From a virus: a stretch of 64,000 nt of DNA. Shown here piece after piece: positions 52,413-62,125 of this stretch. A model generated the notes under the pieces. The model ran no database searches. It was given only the letters and a program-made list of their open reading frames with translations, and was not told where the DNA came from. How positions within the stretch are numbered: the first letter of the stretch is position 1; each line of letters starts with the position of its first letter. Where the stretch lies: positions 32,001 through 96,000 of the IMG/VR virus record IMGVR_UViG_3300031111_000001; one strand, given 5' to 3'. The position numbers were made by a program, and so were the translations under genes.

Positions 52413-53384
52413 ATGAGTGAATTCGTCGATTACCTCGACGAGAACTTCGGAATCCGCACGGTGGCCGGGGGTAAGCAAGTTCAGCTTACCTCCGGGCCGT
52501 GCCCTTTCTGCGGCGAGGATAGGCGCGATCTTCGGGTCTATTATGATCCGAGGTGTGAGGATATCCGTGCCCGGAGGGGGTTTTGCCACCATTGTGATGC
52601 CGGGTTTTCCGCAGTCGAGTTTGTGGCTGCTTTTGAGCAGTGTTCCATCAGGGAGGCCATCGCCATCCTTGGCGGGAACGAGGATGGCTTCAAACGCTCT
52701 CAGGAGGCCCAGGACGGCTCCGAAGAGTCTAAGATGATCTATCCCCCGCTTTTAGAAGTAGAAGCCGTCCCAGAGGCTCTGGAGTACTGCGAGAGTCGTG
52801 GAATCACCAGAGAGATCATCCGGCAGCAGGGCATCTACTTCGCGGAGCAAAATACACTGCGTCCTGACGGGAGGATAATGTGGTCGGCCAACCGGCTGAT
52901 CTTTGTGATTTATGACCGGGCTGGGCAGCCCGTGGCTTGGCAGGGCCGGGATATCACCGGCTTGGCAAGACAGAAGTATCTCTTTCCAGATGGCTTCAAG
53001 AAGGCCGAGTATCTCTACAATATCCATCGGATAAAAAATCGACCAGAATATTTAATACTCGCCGAAGGCGTGATGGACTCCATTGGATGGATTCGGGCGG
53101 AATTGGATTCAGTTGTTTCCACGTTTGGAAAAACCATTTCTGGGGAGCAACGAAGGATTCTTGCGGAAGTAGCACCCAAGCGTCTCTATGTGGCCTGGGA
53201 CAGTGACGCCCACTGGAGCAAATATGAACTGGTCGAGTCTGTGCGCCACCTCTACGAGGACATCAGGATCATCGACCTGCATGATCAGGATGCAGACGAA
53301 CTGACCAGAGAACAATTAAATACGGCCCTGCACGATGCAAAGCCGTATTCATGGGAAGATAAGGTGTTGGGCCAGTTGGCCTAG
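52413..53384 (+). CDS. dnaG: DNA primase (Zn finger plus TOPRIM)
   Basis: CPFC..CHHC, SRGI, QGR, KYL, AEGVMD, WDSD. Confidence 0.88.
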   Translation: MSEFVDYLDENFGIRTVAGGKQVQLTSGPCPFCGEDRRDLRVYYDPRCEDIRARRGFCHHCDAGFSAVEFVAAFEQCSIREAIAILGGNEDGFKRSQEAQDGSEESKMIYPPLLEVEAVPEALEYCESRGITREIIRQQGIYFAEQNTLRPDGRIMWSANRLIFVIYDRAGQPVAWQGRDITGLARQKYLFPDGFKKAEYLYNIHRIKNRPEYLILAEGVMDSIGWIRAELDSVVSTFGKTISGEQRRILAEVAPKRLYVAWDSDAHWSKYELVESVRHLYEDIRIIDLHDQDADELTREQLNTALHDAKPYSWEDKVLGQLA

Positions 53385-53851
53385 CAGCCCTTCGTGGACA
53401 TCTTCAGTACCACGTCGAACAGGCCTTCAGTGTCCATGCGCTCCATCTTGTTGCCGAGGGCCTGTTCGACTTCGTCGATCATGGCTTCGGACCCCATGGG
53501 GCGCATGAGGCGCACATTGTACCACACATCGGGGTACAGTAGGGCTGTCGCCAGCATCAGGAAGTAGCCGGTGTGCAACTGATAATGCTGGGCGAACTTC
53601 TCCATTTCGTAGTTCGGAATCTTTACGGTTCCGCGCTCGACGCTGGAGATAAAAGACGGGTAGTCGTAGCCCATCTTTTTGGTCATTTGCCGCTGTGATA
53701 GCCCGGCAGGACCGCCGATGCGTTCACGACGTGCCGACAAGGCTGCACCAAGGGCGACCATGTTGTTTTCCACGATCTGCCGCAACTTCTTCTTGTCGTG
53801 CAAGATGTCGCGTTTCACGCTCATTTGGTTGGCTTGTTTCTTGGTGGTCAT
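53381..53851 (-). CDS. XRE-family HTH regulator (candidate immunity repressor)
   Basis: GLSQRQMTKKMGY...FISSVERG; isolated minus-strand two-gene unit. Confidence 0.75.
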   Translation of the reverse strand: MTTKKQANQMSVKRDILHDKKKLRQIVENNMVALGAALSARRERIGGPAGLSQRQMTKKMGYDYPSFISSVERGTVKIPNYEMEKFAQHYQLHTGYFLMLATALLYPDVWYNVRLMRPMGSEAMIDEVEQALGNKMERMDTEGLFDVVLKMSTKGC

Positions 53852-54276
53852 GACTTTTTGTCCTTGTTTTGTTCGCGAAGTTTTTTCCTGCGCTCCTTGC
53901 GGCAATCTGCACATTCTATGATTCGTTTTTTCTTGTGCTTGTTCTTCATTTGGAATGTGCGCGTTTCAAAGATGGTGCCGCAGTCGCATCGGACCTCTAC
54001 CTTCCGGTCCCCAAGGTAGCGGAGGACTGTTAGTCTTCCGTACCGCTCTCCTTGGTTGACGCTAGGAGCAAGCCCCTTACCATCGGGGGCGAGGTTGTCA
54101 GTGAAGCGGCCAGTCTTGCATCCACAACTGGATACATTGCCTTGCTTCACATCTTCAGCGGCGACTATGAATACGTTGCCACAAGAGCAGCGGAACTGTC
54201 CTATGGTTTCGTTTTGCATGACCTCAAGGGTCAAGTCGCCATGTTGTTCGCCTATTTTCATTGCTTTTCCTTTCAT
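53848..54276 (-). CDS. Cys-rich protein with two G-L-T-V..C-x-C-G modules
   Basis: IGEQHGDLTL..FRCSCG..SCGC and GERYGRLTVL..RCDCG..CADC. Confidence 0.65.
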   Translation of the reverse strand: MKGKAMKIGEQHGDLTLEVMQNETIGQFRCSCGNVFIVAAEDVKQGNVSSCGCKTGRFTDNLAPDGKGLAPSVNQGERYGRLTVLRYLGDRKVEVRCDCGTIFETRTFQMKNKHKKKRIIECADCRKERRKKLREQNKDKKS

Positions 54277-54308
54277 TAAGTACTTACATACATTTGTCGT
54301 TCGATGTG

Positions 54309-54342
54309 AGTAAGCAATAGCTTACTTCGGAATTTGTGTCAA
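54309..54342 (-). promoter_or_regulatory. Leftward sigma70 promoter with palindrome over the -10 box
   Basis: TTGACA-N17-TATTGC; inverted repeat AGTAAGC-aata-GCTTACT at 54309-54326. Confidence 0.6.
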
Positions 54343-54459
54343 TGTGTTTTTTGAACTTTTCTTACGGTTCACCGAAATTTTTTCCAATAAGGGTTTCTAC
54401 AGATTGCGGGGAGACAACCCTGAAATCTTAGAAATTTTTATCGGAGGCCCAAAAAGACA

Positions 54460-54502
54460 TTGACATCTTCCGGGGTGTAGCGTAGTCATATCACCTTCGC
54501 AA
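54460..54502 (+). promoter_or_regulatory. Rightward sigma70 promoter plus CCTTCGCAA box
   Basis: TTGACA-N17-TAGTCA. Confidence 0.55.
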
Positions 54503-54516
54503 TCACAGGAGTGGGC

Positions 54517-56445
54517 ATGAGTTTGGTTCTTGGTCTTGCACGGAAGCAGGCCCTCATAAATATTACACAAGTTCTGTCGGAAACCGAAAACCTTCAGGTG
54601 ACCTTCTCTGGAGGGGACGCCTACACGGACGGCAAGCGCATCAATATCCCCGCCATGCCCGACGAGGCATGGTCCGATCTGGGGCTTTTTGTGCGGGCCA
54701 GAGGGTATTCTTATCATGAAGTGGGACACTGTCTATACACTGATTTTGATGTGTTTGATCGCCTACAGGGGACAGACTTGTTCGACATCGTGAACCTCTT
54801 TGAGGACATCCGCATTGAGCGGTCGATGGCCCAGCGATACCGGGGCGCAGCCGAATCCATGGAAGAGTTAATCAACCAGCTATATCCTCAATTGGATCAA
54901 GAGTCCATTTGGACCGCAGTTGGGGTTGAGGGGCGGCGTCAGGTCTGCGGCTATGACATTGACGCACTCAGCTACAAGCAAGCCCTGGAGGATATCGCGC
55001 CGGGGTTGATTGCCGAAATTGGAGGGCTTGATAGCACGGAGGACGCGCTTCGCCTAGCAAAAAAGTATAAGGACTTGTTCAAAAATCCCCCGCAGTCAGG
55101 TTCCAAACAACAGGGAACCCCCAGCGCTTCCAGTGGTAACGGGCAAGGGGCCGAAGCGCAAGACGCCGAAGCCAGCGGCAATACAGACCCAAATGGTAGG
55201 AAAAGTCAAGCCCAAAAAGCCGCCGAATCTCAGCAAGGCGATGGAAAAGACCAGAAGGGCAGTGCGGACAAACAAGGCGACAAAAAAGCGGAGGCCAAGC
55301 CCGGCCAGGGTGACAGCCAAGGGAAAGACGGCCAGGACCAATCCAAGGGCCAGGACGCGGACAAACAGGGCAAGGGCCAGCAGTCCTGCCAAGGGAAAGA
55401 CGGCAATCAGTCCTGTGGCAAAGACCAAACCGAATCCAAGGACGAACCCGGCAAGCGCGGGGCCGAACCAGAGTTCAACGAGTGGTGCGGGAGCTTCAGT
55501 GGCGGCGTGAAAAACGACAACAACGCCGTCCAGATCGCTGCCGAGCAGATCGCCGAAGCCGCCCGGATTGCCCGTGCCGCTGGGGAATACATCGTCTATT
55601 CTGAGGGATATGATAGGGTGGAATTGGTCAAGGAAGGCCCAACCATCCTTTTCGACGAACTGAAGGATGCCCTTGGCCCGCTGAACGTCCACCGCCAGAG
55701 AATCGTCAATCTCTTCCAGACGAAGACGGCGGCGCGCTGGCGACAAAACATCCCCGCCGGAAGAGTCAATTCCAGACGGCTGGCAGGGCTGCGCACCGGC
55801 AACCTGAACGTCTTCAAAACGAAGGTGAAATCGGACGAGATCGACACTGCCGTGACCTTCCTGATCGACTGTTCCGGCTCAATGCAAGGGGCCAAGGTGT
55901 ACCGGGCCATGCAAGCGGCGGTCTTCTTTTTGGAAACGCTGGCATATTCTAAGGTGTCTTGTGAGGTGCTGGGATATACCACATTGGGCCTTAGAATCCC
56001 AGGCGCACCGGCAACACTTGGTGGCGGCATGGACTACGCCCGGCTAGAGTGCCTGCGGCATTACATCTTCAAGAACTTTGACGAGCCGTACAGTGGCACT
56101 GTGCGGAGACGCCTTGCGGGCTACCAGCACATGAGAATGGGCCGGAACGGTGACGTTTGCTCCATAAGGTGGGCCTTGTCGCGCCTTGCTCCCCGCAAAG
56201 AACACCGCAAGGTATTGGTGGTTCTCTGTGACGGATTGCCGAATGTGGCCGGAAACCGAGCAACACAGTACGATACGCTTAAAAAGATGAACAAGGAGGT
56301 TCATGAAAGATCGGGAATAGAGCTTGTTGGCATCGGTATAGGCAAAGACATCAGTCAGTTCTACCCGAACTGCATCAACATCAAGAACAATGACAACATT
56401 GCGGAGGTCATTATGGGCCAAATCCGCAGGATACTTGCGGTCTAA
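54517..56445 (+). CDS. CobT-like protein (HExxH domain, low-complexity linker, vWA)
   Basis: AYTDG..INIP, HEVGH, FEDIRIE, Q/G/K/D-rich linker, LIDCSGSM, LCDG.P, GIGI. Confidence 0.85.
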   Translation: MSLVLGLARKQALINITQVLSETENLQVTFSGGDAYTDGKRINIPAMPDEAWSDLGLFVRARGYSYHEVGHCLYTDFDVFDRLQGTDLFDIVNLFEDIRIERSMAQRYRGAAESMEELINQLYPQLDQESIWTAVGVEGRRQVCGYDIDALSYKQALEDIAPGLIAEIGGLDSTEDALRLAKKYKDLFKNPPQSGSKQQGTPSASSGNGQGAEAQDAEASGNTDPNGRKSQAQKAAESQQGDGKDQKGSADKQGDKKAEAKPGQGDSQGKDGQDQSKGQDADKQGKGQQSCQGKDGNQSCGKDQTESKDEPGKRGAEPEFNEWCGSFSGGVKNDNNAVQIAAEQIAEAARIARAAGEYIVYSEGYDRVELVKEGPTILFDELKDALGPLNVHRQRIVNLFQTKTAARWRQNIPAGRVNSRRLAGLRTGNLNVFKTKVKSDEIDTAVTFLIDCSGSMQGAKVYRAMQAAVFFLETLAYSKVSCEVLGYTTLGLRIPGAPATLGGGMDYARLECLRHYIFKNFDEPYSGTVRRRLAGYQHMRMGRNGDVCSIRWALSRLAPRKEHRKVLVVLCDGLPNVAGNRATQYDTLKKMNKEVHERSGIELVGIGIGKDISQFYPNCINIKNNDNIAEVIMGQIRRILAV

Positions 56446-56493
56446 GTGTAGTAAAACCGAACCACCATCGCAATCATTTTTCGGAGTACAACA

Positions 56494-57645
56494 ATGGATA
56501 CGAAACGGATCAGGGAGGTCATTGAAAGTTCGCCTCAGTTCAATGGCCCGGAGGTCGTCTGCAAGGTCTGCGGGTTCAGCGGGCCGACGATCCTCCAGCA
56601 TCTGCTTAACAATCATTGCGGGACACGACTGGAAGACTATGTCGAGCGGTTCCCGTCCGCGCCGCTGGCGACGGCAGAGGGCCGCAAGCAAATTACGGCC
56701 CTGCTGGACAAGATTGAGCGAGGCCAGCGCAGCTACAAAATCAAGGACACCTTTGGCTGCGATATCTGCACCACCGGCACCGTGAAGACCGCCATGGGCC
56801 GCATCAAGCCGTGCAAGGCAACCCCGGCGCTGCTGCCGTACTACAAGTTCCGGCCCGACCTCTTGAAGGTGGTTTTGTTCGCCCTGGAGGAACCCCGCCA
56901 GAACCTCTATTTGTACGGCCCGAGTGGCGGCGGCAAGACCTCCGTGGTCGAACAAGTTTGTGCCCGGCTGAACCGTGGCGTGGTCCGCGTGAACCACGAT
57001 TCAGATATTGGCCGCGCCGAGATTGTGGGCCAGTGGGTTCTGACCGGCAAGGACTCCATGAGCTTCGCCGAAGGGCTGCTGCCTATCGCCATGCGCAGCG
57101 GCTACGTCTACATCGCCGACGAGTTCGACGTGGTGGACCCGGCTATCGCCATGCTCTATCAGGCCGTCCTTGAAGGAAAGCCCTTGACCATTCTGGAAAC
57201 TGCCGAGGTCATCGAGCCGCACCCTGAGTTCCGCTTCATCGCCACCGGCAACACCGCCGGGGCGGGGGACTTGACCGGGCTGCACCACGGCACCCGGCCC
57301 ATGAACGAGGCCACCATGCAGCGGTTCACGCTTTTTGAGTGCGTGGACTATCCGACTGCCGTGGAAGAGTGCGACATTCTGGAAGGGGTCTGTGGGATGA
57401 ATGATCCCACCTTGCGCCAGAAGATGGTCGAAGTCGGTAATTTGATCCGCAAAGCCTACAAAGAAGACAAGATCAGCGTCACGTTCTCCACGCGCATCCT
57501 GATCAACGTCGCTGACAAGCTGTTGGCCTTTGGTTCTTTGCGTCGGGCATACGAGCTTGCTTTGCTCAACCGCCTGAACGCCGTGGACGCCAAGACTGTG
57601 GAAGAAGCCATTAACGCTGTATGGGGGAGCGAAGCCAATGCCTAA
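56494..57645 (+). CDS. CobS/MoxR-like AAA+ ATPase with N-terminal C2H2 finger
   Basis: CKVC..HLLNNH; GPSGGGKT, ADEFD, HPEFRFIATGNT, QRF, STR. Confidence 0.88.
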   Translation: MDTKRIREVIESSPQFNGPEVVCKVCGFSGPTILQHLLNNHCGTRLEDYVERFPSAPLATAEGRKQITALLDKIERGQRSYKIKDTFGCDICTTGTVKTAMGRIKPCKATPALLPYYKFRPDLLKVVLFALEEPRQNLYLYGPSGGGKTSVVEQVCARLNRGVVRVNHDSDIGRAEIVGQWVLTGKDSMSFAEGLLPIAMRSGYVYIADEFDVVDPAIAMLYQAVLEGKPLTILETAEVIEPHPEFRFIATGNTAGAGDLTGLHHGTRPMNEATMQRFTLFECVDYPTAVEECDILEGVCGMNDPTLRQKMVEVGNLIRKAYKEDKISVTFSTRILINVADKLLAFGSLRRAYELALLNRLNAVDAKTVEEAINAVWGSEANA

Positions 57646-58300
57646 GAACTGCACCATGATCAAAGACATGCCTGATACCGAAGTTCTGACTCTGGTAAAA
57701 CGCTATGCCAGATACCACCACAACACCCACAGCAACTATCTTGGCCGTATGCAGTATGACGATCTGCTTTCCTACATGCTGGAGGCTGTGTTCATGCTCT
57801 CCAAGAAGTATATGGAGGAGAACGAGGAGTTGCCCAATAAGAGCTTCATCGTGTCGGCTTTGAGCTACAGGGTTATTGATTTGGTGCGCGAGTACATCAA
57901 GCAGGACCGCCGGGAGTCTTTCGCCTGCGAGATTTACGTTGGCACCGACGATCCCGAGATTATCTACGGCCTGATCGAGTGTGATCTCGACAGCAATATC
58001 CGGCTTATGGAACTGCTGCGGCATTTTGAAGGGCGCGAACTGCTGATCGTCAAGGAGATTTTGGCCCCCTCCGAGGCCGTGGCAGACTATTACGAGGCAT
58101 ATATGGCAAAGTTCCCGTCTTGTGACAGGGACGGCCTGGGCACCACTGACAGGGCCTTCAGGCACGCCTTGGGGGCCGTGTATGGGATCACGAAGAACGA
58201 GTTCTATTACGCCAAGAAAGGGATCAGGGAGAAGCTGCTGGCCCTACAAAGGGCCGACGAGCTTCCCAAAGACACACGGCGGTACACCCCGGCGGCGTAA
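57638..58300 (+). CDS. Putative sigma70/ECF-like sigma factor
   Basis: Region-2-like YDDLLSYMLEAVF..SFIVSALSYRVIDLVR; region-4-like RELLIV..LGAVYGITKNEFYYAKKGIREKL. Confidence 0.6.
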   Translation: MPKNCTMIKDMPDTEVLTLVKRYARYHHNTHSNYLGRMQYDDLLSYMLEAVFMLSKKYMEENEELPNKSFIVSALSYRVIDLVREYIKQDRRESFACEIYVGTDDPEIIYGLIECDLDSNIRLMELLRHFEGRELLIVKEILAPSEAVADYYEAYMAKFPSCDRDGLGTTDRAFRHALGAVYGITKNEFYYAKKGIREKLLALQRADELPKDTRRYTPAA

Positions 58301-58323
58301 TTTCGAAAACTTGAAAAAAGTGC

Positions 58324-58367
58324 TTGACATTTTTGGCGGGCTTGTGTAGAACCTTTCCTAACGCAAC
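58324..58367 (+). promoter_or_regulatory. Early sigma70 promoter
   Basis: TTGACA-N17-TAGAAC followed by AACGCAAC. Confidence 0.7.
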
Positions 58368-58405
58368 CGGGGATCAACCCCGACACCCAAACCAAGGAGA
58401 ATTCC

Positions 58406-59230
58406 ATGCACAGCCATCACGCCTACCGCAACCGCCCCGAGATCGCCCTGGACCGCATCGCCATGAACCCGGCCTTCACCGCCGTGGCCCCGCACGCCAG
58501 CCGATCCGAGAAGTATCAGATGATCCCTACCATCGAGGTGGTCGAAGAAATGGTCAACAAGGGCTTCAAGCCCGTGGACGTTCAGGTCAGCGGCGTGCGC
58601 GACGTGGCCCGCCGTGGCTACCAGAAGCACATGGTCCGCTTCCGCAACCCGAACCTGACCACGGGCGAAGAGGAACTGGACGTGGTCCTGATCAACAGCC
58701 ATGACGGCACCACGGCCTACAAGGTCATGGCCGGTATCTACCGGCTGGTGTGCAGCAACGGCCTGATGGTCGGCACCGACATCTGCGGCTTCTCCGTCAA
58801 GCACATGGGCTTCAATCCGCAGGACGTGATCGACGCCAGCTTCAAGGTCGTCGATCAGGCCGAGGGCATCATGGCCCACGTCGCAGAATTCAAGGCCATC
58901 GAACTGGCCCCCGAAGAGCGTCTGGCTCTGGGCACCGCCGCCGGGCAGCTTCTGTACCCCGACAACACCCGGCCCGACGCCCGTCAGTTGACCTACAGCC
59001 ACCGCAACGTGGATCAGGACCACCTCTGGGGCGCGTACAACGCCATTCAGGAGAACTGGTCGAAGGGCCGCACCAACTACCGGGGCGGAAATGGCCGCTA
59101 CCGCAAGAACCGCGCCCCCAAGGCCATCGACAAGCAGACCGGCCTGAACGCCGCCCTGTGGACCCTGACCCAGCGCATGGCCGACATCAAGACCGGACGC
59201 CCGGTCCAGGCCGTCGAAACGGCGGCGTAG
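58406..59230 (+). CDS. DUF932-family phage/plasmid protein
   Basis: SRSEKYQMIPT, YQKHMVRFR, LINSHDGT, GIYRLVCSNGL, LWGAYNAIQEN, LNAALW. Confidence 0.88.
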   Translation: MHSHHAYRNRPEIALDRIAMNPAFTAVAPHASRSEKYQMIPTIEVVEEMVNKGFKPVDVQVSGVRDVARRGYQKHMVRFRNPNLTTGEEELDVVLINSHDGTTAYKVMAGIYRLVCSNGLMVGTDICGFSVKHMGFNPQDVIDASFKVVDQAEGIMAHVAEFKAIELAPEERLALGTAAGQLLYPDNTRPDARQLTYSHRNVDQDHLWGAYNAIQENWSKGRTNYRGGNGRYRKNRAPKAIDKQTGLNAALWTLTQRMADIKTGRPVQAVETAA

Positions 59231-59514
59231 GGCTCTTTATCGGGGCGAGGAGTGTTCCTCGCCCCATCCCACAACAAGGAGCAGAGTAATGAGGTAGTGC
59301 TAATCCCTAACATCCATCCATCAGACACCCAATCAAGGTTTCATCCAGCAAAGGCCCGCTGAAACAACCACCAGTCGCCATAATGCAAGAGGTCTTAATG
59401 CATCCACCTTAGATACTTCGAATTTTTACTGAAAAGGAAAACAAAATACACCATGGCCCCGGAACGCCTGGATTGTTCCGGGGCCAACTTCACAAACAAA
59501 AAGTAAGAAACTGC

Positions 59515-59558
59515 TTGACATTTCTTCCGGGTTCTTGTAGAACATATCTCAACGCAAC
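59515..59558 (+). promoter_or_regulatory. Early sigma70 promoter
   Basis: TTGACA-N17-TAGAAC followed by AACGCAAC. Confidence 0.7.
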
Positions 59559-59582
59559 GAGAACCCAAACGAGGAAAACACC

Positions 59583-60067
59583 ATGGCCGTCTACGAAAAC
59601 GAACTGGAGTTCCCTGGATGAATACCATGATACCCTTCCGGGGCGAACTCAGCGCCCTGCGCAACAACGACGCGAAGAGCCTGGAGTACTACCAGTCCAT
59701 GCGGGCAACAATCCACGAAGCCATGGCCTATGATGTCCAGTTGTTCGACTGGTTCGACGAAGAGGACGAGGCCATCGAGATCGCCCGGCAGTGGCTGGCC
59801 CTGCGCCCCGGTGAGACTGGCCCGATCTTCTGGGAAATATGGACCGATGGCGAAGAGGGCGCTTGTTTTTGGGAAGTGTACGTGTCGCAGGAGAAGGCCA
59901 TCATCGCCCGTGACGAGGCCATCGCCGAGGATATTGCCAAGGGCTACAGATGGCCCTACGCACGGGTCATCCGTGCCCTCAAGGCCGACGACAAGGGGCG
60001 GCTGGCGTCCAGGGATGGCTGCTTCCACCCCTGCATCCGGCCTTGGGAATACTGGGCCTGGGACTAG
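59583..60067 (+). pseudogene. Early gene apparently carrying two single-C insertions near its 5' end (or sequencing errors)
   Basis: GAGGA RBS then MAVYENELEF; removing one C from each of TTCCCTG and ACCCTTC gives MAVYENELEFLDEYHDTFRGELSALRNND..., in frame to 60067. Confidence 0.55.
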
Positions 60068-60076
60068 GAGAACGAC

Positions 60077-60382
60077 ATGAGAGCGCACATCCGAATCGAG
60101 TACGAAATCTGGGACGGTTCCCCGGAGTCCACCGAGGCCGTCAAGAAGCTCACCGGCTTCCAGACCGAGAACGTGGGCGGGACCATTCTGGTGGCCTGGG
60201 CCGACGATCCGAACCACGACGGCATCCGGGCCGTCTACGGGGACGCCATCGTCAAGCTGCCCAACGGCGAGATCACGGTCTTCGACAGCGAGTCTGACGT
60301 GGTCGCCGACCTCGAAATGAGGGCCAGCCGTGGCTTGCACCGGCTGATTCCAAACTCCATCGAAGGGACTTGCCAGAGATAA
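60077..60382 (+). CDS. Hypothetical protein
   Basis: AGGAG RBS; phage-like codon usage. Confidence 0.7.
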   Translation: MRAHIRIEYEIWDGSPESTEAVKKLTGFQTENVGGTILVAWADDPNHDGIRAVYGDAIVKLPNGEITVFDSESDVVADLEMRASRGLHRLIPNSIEGTCQR

Positions 60383-60473
60383 ATTTCACCTCGTCTCCGA
60401 GGGGTTACGGGTAAGTTGCGTAGGGTGGGCCGGGTTGTCTGGCCCACCCGCTCCCGTTCAAAAAGGAAAGGGT

Positions 60474-60749
60474 ATGCCGGATATCGAAATTGTTGATCAA
60501 CAAGGGAACGTGCTGGGGACCATGCCAGTCAAGCTGGGGATGATCACCATGCACGGCAAGGTGTCTAGTATCTCCAACTCCGGGCAGTCATTTTGGGTTG
60601 GCCGGGAGCGCGGGAAGTATCGCTGCGGGGTGAATGTCGGCGGCACACTTGCTGATGGTGGAGGAGGGCTGACGTGTATTTCGCCGACTGAGGCCAAACG
60701 CTGGGGCTGGAAACAAGGAGCGAATCATGGACAACTGGCTGGAGCTTGA
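60474..60749 (+). CDS. Hypothetical protein
   Basis: AAGGA RBS before MPDIEIVDQ. Confidence 0.5.
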   Translation: MPDIEIVDQQGNVLGTMPVKLGMITMHGKVSSISNSGQSFWVGRERGKYRCGVNVGGTLADGGGGLTCISPTEAKRWGWKQGANHGQLAGA

Positions 60750-60873
60750 AATCATTGAACTGGTCAACAAGGCAGAGGATCAGGGCATGTCGTGGGACGA
60801 CATCATAGCCCAGGTCGAAATGGCTTTCGAGTACGCCCGGCTGCGCGAGAGGGAAGTTTCGAAAAGAGAGTAA
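60727..60873 (+). CDS. Small hypothetical protein (48 aa; not in ORF track)
   Basis: AAGGAG RBS; MDNWLELEIIELVNKAEDQGMSWDDIIAQVEMAFEYARLREREVSKRE. Confidence 0.6.
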   Translation: MDNWLELEIIELVNKAEDQGMSWDDIIAQVEMAFEYARLREREVSKRE

Positions 60874-60880
60874 AAACTAC

Positions 60881-60923
60881 TTGACATTTCCACCGGGCTG
60901 GGGCATAAAGGGTTCAACGCAAC
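60881..60923 (+). promoter_or_regulatory. Early sigma70 promoter
   Basis: TTGACA-N17-CATAAA followed by AACGCAAC. Confidence 0.65.
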
Positions 60924-60950
60924 GACGAACCCCAACCCCGGAGAAAAGAC

Positions 60951-61283
60951 ATGACGAAGATTTACGCTGCCAGCAAGACCGAGTTCGGACACACCTCCAC
61001 CCATGAATACTACTATCAGGACGGCGCGGCCCATTGGGTCAACAACAACGCTCCGGTGCCCATGGATGTGGCGGCTGACTACGAAATCAAAATCGACGCC
61101 GAACGCCAACAAGCCGCCATCGACGCGCACACTGCCGCCTTCTTGGCCGAGTACAGAAAGAACAGGGCCAACATGACCGACGAGCAGCGGGCCGAGGAGC
61201 AGTTTGAAGCCCGTGCCGCCTTTGGTCCCAACACTGACGTGGTCAATATTGTGACCGGCGAAAAGTTCAACACGGGCAAGTAA
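60951..61283 (+). CDS. Hypothetical protein
   Basis: GGAG RBS; FEARAAFGP..VVNIVTG motif. Confidence 0.75.
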   Translation: MTKIYAASKTEFGHTSTHEYYYQDGAAHWVNNNAPVPMDVAADYEIKIDAERQQAAIDAHTAAFLAEYRKNRANMTDEQRAEEQFEARAAFGPNTDVVNIVTGEKFNTGK

Positions 61284-61287
61284 GGGC

Positions 61288-61316
61288 TTGACAGCCCGGC
61301 GCAAATCGGGCATAAG
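61288..61316 (+). promoter_or_regulatory. Early sigma70 promoter
   Basis: TTGACA-N17-CATAAG. Confidence 0.6.
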
Positions 61317-61423
61317 GATTTTTCACACACCGGGAGCTTCCCTGCGGGGAGGCTCCCCTTGCGTTGCCCGATATGTACGAACTTTTGCTTATCATCGCAA
61401 TCAGTTTCAAACAAGGAGTGAAC

Positions 61424-61699
61424 ATGCCCCGAACCCCCAACGTCGAAATTGCCCAAGAGGTGCTTGACCACCTGACCGCCCACCATTGGGAAATCGGCAT
61501 CGCCCTGGCCGAGGAGGGCAAGCGCGGCTGCTTTGGCAAGGCGTACTCCGACACCGCCCAGTGCCACGGCTGCGAACATCACGACGAATGCAAGGCCACA
61601 TTCGACGCGAGGCCAATCTTGAACGAAACCGAGGCCATTATCCAGATTAAGGAGGACATTGAGCGTGCCACCCGGAACAAAGAAGAAGGGGAAGCCTAA
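61424..61699 (+). CDS. Hypothetical Cys-containing protein
   Basis: AAGGAG RBS; GCFGK..CHGC..EC. Confidence 0.65.
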   Translation: MPRTPNVEIAQEVLDHLTAHHWEIGIALAEEGKRGCFGKAYSDTAQCHGCEHHDECKATFDARPILNETEAIIQIKEDIERATRNKEEGEA

Positions 61700-61958
61700 G
61701 AAATCCGCTGACGGCGAACTTTGGTTCAGTTGTTTTTCTGCCAAATTCGACAGTAAGTGCCCGGATTGTGGAAAGAAATTACCGGAAGGAACTATGGTCT
61801 GGGGACATAAGTCTGATGACGCCAATTGGTACGTCGTTTGTGAAGATTGCTACATGAAAAACTACAAAGGCAAGTCGGTCGTAACCAAGAAGACCAGCAA
61901 CAACACCAGAGAAAACAACGCCTTGGAGGCAATCAAGCTGAAAGCAAAGTGGGCGTAG
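61659..61958 (+). CDS. Zn-finger hypothetical protein
   Basis: AKFDSKCPDCG...VCEDC. Confidence 0.6.
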   Translation: MSVPPGTKKKGKPKKSADGELWFSCFSAKFDSKCPDCGKKLPEGTMVWGHKSDDANWYVVCEDCYMKNYKGKSVVTKKTSNNTRENNALEAIKLKAKWA

Positions 61959-61986
61959 AAAAGATTCACAATGGTGAATTTTCTGC

Positions 61987-62015
61987 TTGACAAACACGCC
62001 TGAATGTGAGAGAAC
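61987..62015 (+). promoter_or_regulatory. Early sigma70-like promoter
   Basis: TTGACA-N17-GAGAAC. Confidence 0.55.
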
Positions 62016-62125
62016 ATATTCACGACGACGGGGAAGACACAACGGGACGACGAGTCCCGCTTTTTACCCCCCGAATGTATGAAGAAAATTTACCTTCGCA
62101 ACACCTTCAGACAAGGAGCTTCGAC

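Noticed and set aside
53848-54276. HNH/AP2 homing endonuclease
   Set aside because: Only the N-terminal Cys modules are present; no HNH or AP2 motif follows.
54517-57645. CobT/CobS as cobalamin biosynthesis genes
   Set aside because: No CobN or other cob genes are present; vWA/AAA+ pairs of this kind are common in phages with other roles.
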